The translations under genes and the position numbers were made by a program. From Lama glama (Eukaryota): DNA of 64,000 bases. Location: the NCBI GenBank assembly GCA_028534125.1, contig CM052816.1, positions 60,638,001-60,702,000 of the forward strand. The letters are read 5' to 3'. Of the stretch, positions 27,672 to 39,520 are shown in pieces (the first letter of the stretch is position 1; each line of letters begins with the position of its first letter). The notes under the pieces are model-generated. The model saw nothing but the letters and a program-made list of their open reading frames with translations. It had not been told where the DNA came from and searched no databases.

Positions 27672-28210
27672 TTTCAGGCAGGGTTCATTTGGTTATAAAA
27701 ATGGAAACTCACTTATGAGGAGTTTAATAGAAGCCAATAGAGTTGTCTCCCCACATCCAAATGCAATAAGGACAACTGGGTATTAAGAAAAATTCAACCT
27801 CCAAATTGTACACCATCAAAAAACAAGACATCTACTCTAAAATTCTCTTGCACCCAGGAGCCATTGGTCTCTGTATTTGTCCCACCTCTCCCTCATTCTC
27901 CTCTGCTGCTGAGTCTAGCTTCTCTAGTCATTCACCTGCTTACAAGCAACTCCTCCAAGGCTGCCCCTGAATGGTAGCCTGAATCCCCATGTTCCCATGA
28001 CCTTTCAACTCAACTCCCTAACAACTCTCTGTGTCTCAATTCCAGACAGTCTGAAGAGCCACTCTGATTGTTCTTCCTGGGGCTGAGTGCCCAGCTTGGT
28101 ATGATTAACTATGGAGCAAGATGACATGGTAAAGTAAGTGACCCCTGGAAGACTGGGTAGGGACATTTATCTAGAAAAGACACAGGCCAGGAAGAAATCA
28201 CAGGCATCTA
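27672..28210 (-). mobile_element. Old MLT1-family LTR remnant
   Basis: ggttcatttggttat...gaaactcact and gagccactctgattg...gtgcccagc resemble old MLT1 LTRs; highly diverged. Confidence 0.4.
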
Positions 28211-28299
28211 TGCTACAGTTTCTCAGAGTTTCTGAGAGTTACTGAACAGCAGTGAACTGAAGATTGCTCTTGGACCTACGAGAATTTTCCCCAGGAATC

Positions 28300-28744
28300 T
28301 GTATTAGTTTCCTGTGGCTAATGTAACAAAGTACCACAAAATAGCAGCTCCAACAAGAGAAACACATCATCTCACAGGTCTGGAGGCTACAAGTCTGAGG
28401 TCAAGGTGTCAGCAGAGCCATGCTTCCTCTGAAGACACCAGGGAAGGATCTGTTCCATGCCTCGCTCCTAACTTCCAGTAATTCCTCGCCTTGCCGGCAG
28501 CAGAACTCCCCTCTTCATATGGAGTTCTCTCAGTGTACATGTCTGCATCCACATTTTCCCTTTCAATAAAGTTGCAAGTCATCCTGGATTAGGGGCTCAC
28601 CCTACTTCAGTATGACCCCATCTTAACTAACTTAACTTACATCATCAGAGACTATTCCCAAATAAGGTCACATTCTGAGGCATGGGGGTAGGGGGTGGGA
28701 CTTCAACATATGAATTTTAAGCAGACAGAATTCAACCCATAACA
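28300..28744 (-). mobile_element. MaLR solo LTR (MLT1B/C-like)
   Basis: tgtattagtttcctgtggct...ctggaggctacaagtctgaggtcaaggtgtcagcag...ccaaataaggtcacattctgagg...attcaacccataaca; TG...CA termini. Confidence 0.9.
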
Positions 28745-28894
28745 TCTAGGATTCCGTTTATGGGATTTTTTCCCCCAGGAAAATATTTCAAAGAAAAAAA
28801 ATGTTATGCATGGAAATGTTCAGTACTGGTTGTTTGTAACGAAAACTCAGACTTGAGTTCCCAACAGACAGGACAAGCTCAAGCAACTCTCACG

Positions 28895-29086
28895 GCGGTA
28901 GAGCACAGCTCGCCAGGACGGGGGTCAGGAGTCAGACTGCCTAGGCTCAGTTCAGATTCCAACGCTGCTAATTACTAACGGAGCGACTCTAGGAGAATTA
29001 CTTAAATTCTCCTTGCTTCAGTTTCTTCATCTAGAAAATGGGGACGGTGATAATACCTCACAGGTTGTTTCAAGCATTAAATTAAT
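28895..29086 (+). mobile_element. MIR SINE
   Basis: ggagtcagactgcct...cttcagtttcttcatctagaaaatgggg...atacctcacaggttgtt. Confidence 0.8.
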
Positions 29087-29693
29087 AGAACAAAATCTCA
29101 TCACAATGCTATGAGAAGGGGGCCAAAATATTAAATCACACAAAATACAAAATCTTCTTATTCTAAGTTATGTATATGGCAAGTTTTGACCATTAACTTG
29201 TCTCCATAAATGTCCAATAGCCACCAACAGCTTTATATCTGAAGTTGTATTATTTCCGAGCACATTACTGAGGGGTTTATTATATACATAAAACACTTAC
29301 AGCACTGCCTACCACACCAAGACTTTAAATAAACCTTCATCTGTGCTCTTCTAACTGGTTTCCCACAGCTCACTGTGCCACTTGGTCCCAAGGTGGCTTC
29401 TCTCCTTCATGCGTGCATGTGTGACTTGGCTCCTCAGCAAGACTGTATACTGAAATATGGGATTCAGGTTTAGAGGTGGATGTGTATATAAAACACAGAA
29501 ACTTCATCTTCTAGAATATTTTTCACTGAAGACCCCACTTCACTGCTTCTTTACATAAGTAACTCCTTACCCCCCCATTTAGAAATTAGCCACCAAGCTC
29601 ACCTTTCTACAGCACAGCTAAAGGACCTGAAGTAAACCAACAAAAAGTTTATTCACTGCAATTCATAGATTTTTGTTCTTTGAAAAGGTTCTT

Positions 29694-30161
29694 TACAATG
29701 GAATACTATTCGGCCATAAAACCGACAACATAATGCCATTTGCAGCAACATGGATGTTACTGGAGAATGTCATTCTAAGTGAAGTAAGCCAGAAAGAGAA
29801 AGAAAAATACCATATGAGATCACTTATATGTGGAATCTAAAAAAAAAACAACAAAAAAAACCATAAATACAAAACAGAAAGACTCATAGACATAGACTAC
29901 AAACTTGTGGTTGCCAGGGGGACAGGGGGTGGGAATACAAAATGTAGACTGGGATTTCAAAATGTAGAATAGATAGACAAGATTGTACTGTGTAGCACAG
30001 GGAAATATATACAGGATCTTGTGCTGGCTCACAGTGAAAGAGAATGTGACAATGAATGTATGTATGTTCATGTATAACTGAAAAATTGTGCTCTACACTG
30101 GAATTTGACACAACACTGTAAAATGAGTATAACTCAATAAAAAGAAATGTTTTAAAAGAAA
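29694..30161 (+). mobile_element. Young 5'-truncated L1 with a perfect 12-bp target-site duplication
   Basis: TSD gaaaaggttctt at 29682-29693 and 30162-30173; AATAAA at 30136-30141; L1 ORF2 tail and 3' UTR sequence. Confidence 0.95.
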
Positions 30162-31099
30162 GAAAAGGTTCTTGGGTCTTTATTGAGAGCCTCTTAATTC
30201 TTATCTGACCCACAACGCTAACTAATTTGATCACTTGGTTTCCAGGCAGATTAGAAGCGACAAATTAAAACCAGGGGGAAAAAAATGGGAGCTGCTACAG
30301 AAAAACTACAGAAATCAGACACAGCAGTTCAAGGGCACTTAGTCAAAGGACGAAAAGCCTTACACACCTTCCTAGTTGCTCGTGAATGCAGCACCTCTAC
30401 CACCCAGCACGGTTACCGTGCCTGCAATGCCAGTTCTGAGTCAGTCTGAAATATCTATCCTTAGAAAATAACTATCCTTAGAAAATCTGTAAGGCAGCAG
30501 AGATGCAGAGCAATTACTCTCCAGAACCACTTTTTTTTTTTTTTTTTGTAGTTTCTGATGCTCTCTACTAGGGTCAACTCTGAACTATGAGAAAACTGAG
30601 ATACTGGAGTAACCTTCCAGTAGTCCAAATTTTAACTATACTTACATAGGGTTAAAAAATACTAGTTGATTAGGTTTGCCAAGTATAATCTTAAAGAACT
30701 TTTAGAGAAAATGACGTAAATAACAGACAAATAGTTTCAATCTCAGTATATGCTCTAAAGTATTTACTAATTTGTTTGATCAACTACATTGTACTCCCCT
30801 TAACAACTTTGTTTATGCTGCTGATGTTATAACGAAGTCTCTTTCAAAGGAGAACATGGATAAACTTCAGCCCAGATACCACCCAAACCAACTCTCAAAA
30901 TAAAATCCAATTTATTACTATTACCACTGCACTCACTGGTAGAGTTGTTCAACTTTCCCTAAGTACACTCATGAAAACGGAACGCAGATTTAGCATGATA
31001 ATGCCGGAGAACAAAAAGCATCTTCCGGAGGCTCCAACTTTTTACAAGCAATTATGGCTTAGTATCACTGCATCGTGATGGCCAGAGTTAGCAACATCC

Positions 31100-31255
31100 T
31101 TCAACAGTTCTCAGCCCTGGCTGCCTCCAATAATCACTAGGGAACTTCATACCGAGGCTTCATTCCAGAGAGTTGGACTTAATTGGTATGGAGTGTGGGC
31201 CAGGGATTTTTTTCCCCCGAACTCAAATGACAACCACGATGAAAAATATTGCCCT
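31100..31255. mobile_element. MER5-like hAT-Charlie MITE remnant
   Basis: gttctcagccctggctgc...ccagagagttggacttaattggtatggagtgtgggcc. Confidence 0.55.
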
Positions 31256-33289
31256 TGAACGGTCCTTTCTCATCAACAAATATCAGACTTAATGAACTGA
31301 AAATGCTATTCAACCCTCCACCCCATTCTGAAAAAGCCCCCCATTCCTTTACTTGCAAGTCAATAGTTTTCACTCAAAATATTTCACAGTTTCAAAATAA
31401 AAATACACTCCTATTCAAATGTGCATATTAATGACCCAGAGGCATTCTTCACCATTGGTTAAAATTAGCAAGCCCCAGCTTTTTAATAAGTTTTTTTAAT
31501 GTTAGTCCACACATTCTCAGTCATTCCTGCACCAGCCCCCAGCAGCCACGGGCAAATAAACCAACAATTCTTAGCAATCTGACAGTATTTTAGAGTTCCA
31601 CTAAACAGTCACTTATACTAAAGAAAAGCAATGAGGGACAGGGAGACAGCAGCTGCTATGCATGCTGTAAAACACACCAAAGCTTGACTTGAAATTCTTT
31701 CACTGAGACAAATGGAGATATATATGGGCCCAGGTGGAAACGGTTCATAATGTTAAAGATGAAATGCTCTAAAGTAATTCGCTAAAACTTGAACAGAGAA
31801 GACAGCTGGGATTGGAAAGAAAACGGTTTTCAGGAGGAAACGCCAATCCACAGGTGGGGATCAACGCTCAGCCAGGCTCATCAGAGAGCTAAGCCTGCAG
31901 GACTCAGATGCAGAACCTCCCTGTAAATGTGTTTCTTCCAAACTTCACCTTTTCCAGCTTTCACTAAAGCCGTCAGCATCAAAAGCAGAATTTACACCAG
32001 GCCTTCTCACGGCATCTGGGGGCAGGAAGAGCAGGTTTTTATATGCCAAGTATGTTTTTCTTTATCTAAAGGGATTTCAGTATGAAAGCAGCACAGCCTT
32101 CCCACGCCTCCGCTCCCCCGCACCCCAAGGGCAGGTCATCCACTGCAGGCACAGCCCCACTCGGCTTAGCATCTAAAGGCAGTCCCCAGCTTGCACTCCA
32201 CTCCACTCCACAAGAACATCAAAAAACATGGAGATGACTGATGCCAATAATCGGTAGAGCAAGTTTTCTCCAGGAAAAAGAAACAGCATTGTTGAGATCA
32301 CTAACATAAACATGTGTTTATCATTCTCCCTCAAAGTAAGATGCAATTCTACGTTAACTCTGGAGTATCTACTGTAGGGACATTGTTGGGAACACTGTAC
32401 ACTCATCAGTTAACATTTCCTACGTTGGAAAATTTCTCAGACCTCAAGACCAGGAAAAGCTCTCCTTGGCCTGAGTAACTGGCTTGTCCTTGCCTTCCGG
32501 ACACTGAATCACCTAACAATCACGTTTCCTTCTGAGCCTAGGCTGCTCAGACTCTATCAAATTCACAATTAAGTTTTTGGTCCTCTTCTAACAACTACAC
32601 AGGACCTGCACTCATATATTCTTGTACACTAACCTCTCCATGACTTTTTATTCCCCCCCAACCCTTAATTTTCCCTTTGCTCCAATTTTCGGACTTACTA
32701 AATTATCCTCTAAGCAAAAGAAAAAATTTCCTCTATGATCTATAGCAAGAAATTCAATCTGACCGTGTTAGAGGAAGTAATTATACATAATCAACATGTG
32801 ATTTTAGCTGAATAGATGAGCTGTCATTTCCCTTACACCTCTGACCTACTGACAAGGACCCTCTGGGTCCCTTGTTTCAGAACTCTGTGATCTACATTTA
32901 AAAAAAAACGGAAGCACTGATGGCACTGTGCCCAAGAGGAGTTGAAGGGTATTTAATTTGTACAAATATTTAGCAAATCTGAAAGACCAGGATGTGAAAC
33001 TGTAATGACAAGACCCCAAAGTCACATGGCTTAACTGAGAAAGACCAAGGAAAGTTCTGTAACAGAAGCTTTCAATCTTCCTATCTGTTTTTTTTTAATG
33101 GATAAGGCTCTGCATTTTACTATAGAGTTGCTTTTTCTTTACCTAGAAGTACTAAAATATTAATGACAAACATTAAATGGTTAGAAGAAAAATGGCAGTG
33201 ATTAATACAGGCCACAGCTGTCTTAACCGTACACACTGAGTTTAGTTATTTGCAGGCATTGATCTAGAAATTCTCTCATAAACACACCA

Positions 33290-33690
33290 TTCCATCCACC
33301 CTGCTCTAAGGTCACCAACGTCTCGTACCCTGGTAAAGACTTCTCTGTCTAGCCTTCCTTGATCTTTCAACGACATTGGACATGATTATTCCATCCTCCT
33401 CAAAATATCATGTTTACTTGGCTTCCATGACATTCCTGGTTTCCCTCTTAAATCTCCCCCTGGGCTATTCCTCCTAGTCCCCTTTGCTTGTCACCCCTCT
33501 GCATCTCCCCTGACCTACAGTACACTAAGATCTGATTCCAACTCCCCCAGTGACCCCATTGGTTCCACAGCTTTATCTACCACCAATGACTCCCCAAATG
33601 TCTCTCTCTAGCCTGCATGTCTTTTCTTACCCCTAGATTCATTTATACTTCCTTCTTCACATCTTCACTTGGATGTCCAATAGCAATTTC
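33290..33690 (+). mobile_element. L2 fragment
   Basis: ctgctctaaggtcaccaa, cttggcttccatgaca and catcttcacttggatgtc. Confidence 0.7.
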
Positions 33691-34469
33691 AATGCCCATC
33701 CCTTGAGAGGATTTAATACCTCCTTTGCAGTGCATCTTAAGCACTGCCATACAGCTCCTTAATAAGACCAAGGTAAGACCAAAGCATTTGTCTTAGAAGA
33801 ATCACCACTTATAGTCTCCAAATCACTACTGTGCTTTAACTGTCATAAATTTGGCAATGCATGTGTGGAACAATCTGCAGATGTTTTAGCAGACAACTTA
33901 CAGAACACTCATGACTGCCCTATATTGCTTTCTGGCCCTAAACTCTACATGTTACTTACATGCACAGTAACAGTGGAGTGGGAGAGTTTTGCATCTTCTC
34001 TACAACACACAGAGAACCACCAATAGTGTGTAGAATTGAGGATTCACTGAAGACCCTGGCTCTGACACCAGATGTCAGCCTACGTACCTCCCTGTGTTGG
34101 AGGGCCTACTCAGTGATCCACTCGGTATCAGGATTTCTGCCAGTAACTTTATGGATTAAAACAGAGTCACTCAAAGAATTTGTATGTAGAAATTTTACCT
34201 GCCCTGTAAGGATTCAGGATTCTGAGGGACCTGCAGTAGCACAAAACATGGACCTCTACAAGAGGCTGAAAGATGTGAACAAACCCTAGTGTGCATCCAA
34301 CAGACCACAGCCTTAGGAACTGGGCACTCTGGCCACCAGGGCACACACAAATCCGGGGGTTGAGAGAGCCCTGCTTGGCCTTGAATCTCAGGTGTGTGCT
34401 TTATCAGGCCAGGGACTCTGTGTGGGGAGATTGCTGGCTGTATTTCTACCACCTTTCCCACACCCCACA

Positions 34470-35489
34470 CTCCCAGTTTACTCTGGGTTCATCTTTGACT
34501 CCTCCAGTCCTCAAACCCCACTTTCATTGTGAGCAAATCTTGGTAAGTCCATAGTCAATGCATGTCCTGAAACCAGCTGCTTCTCACCACCTCCACCACC
34601 ATAAGCCCACACCAAGCACCGTCATCTCTAACCCGATTACCTTAATAACCTCTTAATTGGTTGGCTAGGTTTCCACTCCAGATCCCCTGCAGTCTATCAG
34701 CCATACAGAAGCCAGTGATCCTGTGAAAAGTTAGATACTATCACCTTTCTACTCAAAATCTGCCAGTGACTACCCAACTGACTTACAAGTTTTTGTTTTT
34801 TAATGGCCTTACAAGCTGGCATGATGTGACCTTGTCCTTCATCCCCATCATCTCATCTTCTACCCACTCTGCTTCCCACATCCTGTCCTTCCTTCCCTTT
34901 CTTGACATCTCCAGGTATGTCCTACCTCAGGACCTTTGCACTTGCTGTTCCCTGGGTATTGATCATTCTTTTCCTCAGACATACACATGGCTGAACACAT
35001 TTTAGTCAATACATAAGTCACTTTTTCAGTGAGGCCTTCTCTGACCACCCTGTCAAAAACTGCAAACATCCCTTGTCCCAACACCCCAGTACTCCACGTT
35101 CCCTTTCATTTTCTCTTCTCCTTAGGACATCCTACCATCTAACACAGGGGTCTGCAAACTATAGGCTGCAGGCTAAATCTAGCCCACCACCTGATTCAGT
35201 CAGTAACCCACACACATACATACTGTCCATGGCTGCTTTCACACAAGGGCAGAGTTGAGCAGTTGTGACAGAAACTGCCCTCCCAAGCCTAGTATTTACT
35301 ATCTGGCCCCTTCCAGGAAAAGATTGCTGACACGCAGCTGTAACACATTGTTTAACGGATTGTCTGTCCCTCTTTATACAATGGGACTTTTACCTGTGTT
35401 GTTCATTACTGTCTTCCCAGAGCCAGTAGCAGTACCTGGTGTATAGTAGGTGCTCAGTAAGTATATGGTGAGTAGATGGAAGAATGAAT
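34470..35489 (+). mobile_element. L2a 3' region
   Basis: cctcaggacctttgcacttgctgttccct, cagtgaggccttctctgaccaccctg and the terminal tagtaggtgctcagtaagtat...gaatgaat. Confidence 0.85.
35145..35337 (+). mobile_element. MER58A-like hAT-Charlie MITE inserted in the L2a element
   Basis: caggggtctgcaaacta...gcagagttgagcagttgtgacaga...tatttactatctggcccctt; degenerate 8-bp TSD atctaaca/ctgtaaca. Confidence 0.8.
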
Positions 35490-38400
35490 CATGCACTCAT
35501 ATGGATGAGCTGGAAAATAAGACAAACTGATGTCTTTTTCTGTAAACCACTTTAAAGTGTACAGAAAAATACCTAAAATTTAGATGTACAGTGTAATAAA
35601 CAATTATGAACACTCATACAACCACCCCAAGGAGGAGAATACGTGTAATGCTTTTTCAGTCAAAACATGGTTTCTCTCTGAAATCCCCAATTAACTGAAA
35701 TGCAAAGTAGAATGACACCTGACATGAAGACTCCATCCTCAGAACAGGAGAGCCCTGGTTGTTAGACCTGGTTCTTAGACACTAAGCAAGTGTTTTCTTG
35801 CTCCTTCCCAGGCAACAGCTTACTTCAAGACAAAGGAGGAACAGAAACAACTCCGGCCCCTCACTACCAACCACCCTACTAAGGCTCATGTTAAGCCCTA
35901 CTGGGAGGCAACTTAGGGCATTTTAATATACAACCATCCCCTCTTATCTGGGGTCCCAGAATCCAATTCTACTCTCAAATGAGCACGGACCACTGAGGCT
36001 CCCACGTATTGATGTAAGCCTCTGACTTCATTTTCCTTAAGCATTTGTGATCCCTCAGAGCAAAAAATTAAGACAGTCACCCTCAACTTCTCTTTCCTCT
36101 ATGTTTCTCTTCCATTTATTAATGAGACACTGCTGCTGGTGCCCAGAGAATTCAGAAAAAAACAATCTATTTAGAAACAATTCTGGCTTAACCACTGTGT
36201 CAATTCCTATCCACGTCTCCCTTCCTCTGAATCAGGGGGGACATTTGCATTAAAACTGTATCTCTCTTACTTAGAATGCACCTGCTCAGGCTGATTAAAC
36301 CCCAACTGGAGTCATAATCCTCCACTTTTGAGATCACTACCCTTCTAACAAAATGAATTAATGTTTCTGGTGAGACACAAGGAGAAAAAAAAAATTGGGA
36401 CCTGAAAAACCGGAATTGTCCTCATGTGAGGTGGGAGAAAAGGAGAGACAAAGATGCAGGAAAAAAGGATTCAAGAGGTAAGTATTAGCAAATATTCTCT
36501 TTTAAAGTCACAATTCATAATTAACATTCCATAAATGAGACTTCGGCCCACAGAGCTCAGTTCTTCTCTACTACCAGAAACGCTCCAGGTCGTTTTGTTT
36601 TACAAAAGGCCATGCTTTGCTTTTTTCTGAAGTCCATCAAATAGCAAGTAACGCAGATGATCCGCCCATTCTAATTTCACACAGTAACCTCTTTTTTCAT
36701 TATACTAAACGGTAAGTCTCATCTCTTTACACAAAATTCAAAATTGCACTGAGCTTTTAAAACAGAGACAGGCATAATTCCATACAGTTTTAAGGTGGAG
36801 GGAGAGCAGTTCCGCACAGGTCCATGTGTCTTCCTGTCCACAAATACTCATCAACATGATACAGTCTAACCACTTTATAGTAAAAGTGCTGGAGAAAAGG
36901 GCAAGCTATCCACTTTATTCTGTATCAAGGTTTCATCTTACACAGTTAAGCATAATCAAGTATGGTTTTTCCCTATAGAGTATTTAGGTAACTGCATTAT
37001 CATTACTGGGTAACTTGCTTTTAAGTACTGCCCCTCTCCTCACTCCATTAAAAGGGAAAAAATGGTCTAAATCTCTCACTCAGGTTAAGACCTATACTTA
37101 AAATATCAATATAAAGTCTTAGGCTAGCATCATACTTTCTTTTTAAGGGCGTAAGAATATACACAGCATTGGTAAGGACTGACAAATCTGCTGTTTCTAA
37201 CACAAAAGGTGACCTCATTAAAAATATTAAGAGTAAAAAAATTAAATCTAATTTTATTTCTTTCCAGATACACAAGAAAGCAAAGCATCATCATAATAAT
37301 AAAATAAATAGATATGCTGAAAAGGTATCTAGTAAAATGCATGTGAGGTTAACAAAATTTCACATAGTGGTCAGAATGGAATCTTTGGAAACTGTGCATA
37401 GAAATATCTTAGTCACACTGAACTGGCGGAGGGAGAGATTAGTTTATTTCCCTCAGCAAACCCACTCTGGCACATACATGAGCCTCCAACACAGATTCTC
37501 AAGCACACATCCGTGTCCATGTATATGAGGAGAATGATGTATCTATTAGGGAAAAGGACATAAGCAGCTCAAAATGCTGTAGGATCTTGCGGACACTGAT
37601 ACTGCAATATGAATTTTTATGAGTTTTCAGGGAGAGAAAAAAGCAGTTCTAATGAAAGGTTGATAAGACTTGACAGCTCCGAGTAAGTGAAATACATACA
37701 CTCTCGGGCTCCCGCTCGCCCAGTCGCTGGTCTGCAGGTGGTGGGGCCGTAACCGAGCCCCCAGCGAGCCCCCATTGTGTTCAGGGACCCCAGTTCAGGA
37801 CAGGAACCTCATCAAATCCCTTGTGTAGGACCGTCTACCCCAGTTACTCCTGTACAACTTACTGTCTCATAATGGTCACACTTCTACTTGAGGGCCAAAA
37901 CACTGACAATGACCAAAATTCGTTAGATGAGTGTTAGTGGCGAAAAATCGGCAGGGAGGGAGGAGACTGTTTTCACTGTCCAAGTCATCCTCCACGTGGG
38001 TTCCAGGCCTGCCGTGGGGTGACGGGCTGGAATGCAGAGTGCTGTCATGAAGAGAAGGCTGTATTTGTAAATGGTACTTTGGGCTGGACAACATCCTTTC
38101 GCTGGCATAACCACCACAGAAAGACACTGGACCCTAGAAAGGGAGAGAGGTAGGCTTCTTTCTCCATTTCCTCTCCTCACATCTGAAAACACCCATCAGT
38201 TCAGCAAAATTAAGTCAGAAAAAAAAAAAAAACCTTTCTTTTTGTAAAATGTATACTAGCAATTCTCAGGCTACAAAAGGAAATGAAAGGCATGATGCTC
38301 CTAATAGGAACGACACTGTTTTAATAGCTGCCTTGCTATTTGAGGATCCACTCAAAGACGATCAGGGTGAACATCAAAAGCCGCATCCAGCTAATCGGAG

Positions 38401-38724
38401 GCCTTTTAAATTAGCATGTTGTTCCTCAATATAGAGCAAAATGCTTAGTCCTGTAATGAGACATCCATGTCTGTACAAAAGTTAGGCTGTGGTGAGAATA
38501 TCAGTTTGCAAGGAATTATGCCTTCAAGCATGCACGCACACACACAACTTGGAGTCTTCTACAGGTTACAAAACACTCACCAACAATAGAGCAAGTAGAG
38601 CCCAGCATGCAAAATCCTTCGCTCCTCTGAGGACACAGGTCTGTGTCCTTTACATGAAGCCCTCAGATCAGAACTAAAGGTCAAGGAAAATCTGAGTGCA
38701 AACACTTACACAGCTGAGAGGCCA

Positions 38725-38935
38725 ATAGGTGGTTCCAATCCTATCCCTGTATCTAGTGAGATGACCAGGTACCAATGACCAGACTTCTCTGAAATGCCTG
38801 TTTCCTCACCTGTACAAGGGGGCTCCTCCTCCCCCTCATGGACCTGCAGTGAGGGTGAGAAGGAATGCACAAGCAGAGGAACCAGCCCAGCTCCTGGTCA
38901 TCTAGGCCCTCGGCCAGGGGCACCTGCAATAAACA
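38725..38935 (+). mobile_element. MIR SINE (diverged)
   Basis: acttctctgaaatgcctgtttcctcacctgtacaaggg...cctcatgg...gtgagg. Confidence 0.5.
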
Positions 38936-39409
38936 TGATCTTCCTCCACAGCCAGTGGGGCGAGGCCAGTGCTTCTCCAGCGCTGGCCACTCCAGTTAGC
39001 TGAGGCCTCTTAAATGAACAGAACCACCTGGCAGCCTTCTAACAGACGGGCTGGCAGAGTCAGGACCTCCCAGTTGGAGCCTGATGTGTCGAAGCTCCAG
39101 AGGGGGTTCGAAGATGGTCAGGCTGTAAGTGTACCTCATTCCCTGATCAACCCGCGCTGCCAGGCAGACAGGCTGAATACTGTGCTCACTGTGCTCCTGG
39201 CTTTCCCAGATATTGTCTTTCTCTCTTTATTCACTTGCTTTGGTGTTTCATTTTGTTAATGGTCACTGGCCTTTCCACATTGGTGCTTACACAGTAAGTT
39301 TCCCTCAGAGGAGGTCCTGTGCGGAGAGACTGTTTATGAGCGGAGAGGACCAACATCCTCAGCAAGAGAAACAAAGGGAACCAGGGCCAGGGAGCTGGTT
39401 ACTTCTCGT

Positions 39410-39520
39410 GTGTTACATTTTATCCCAAAACTTAGTGGCATAAAACAACCTCTGTTTTATCTTCCTTCAAATTTTGGGAGCCAGGAATTCAGCCAGGGTT
39501 CATTCAGCAATTCTGCTCTA
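39410..39520 (-). mobile_element. MLT1 LTR fragment
   Basis: cccaaaacttagtggcataaaacaac...caggaattcagccaggg. Confidence 0.6.

Noticed and set aside
30455..30486. Short direct repeat ctatccttagaaaat x2 (also acagtgatttaaaa x2 at 43497-43525)
   Set aside because: Ordinary two-copy slippage duplications; there is no repeat-spacer array, so nothing CRISPR-like.
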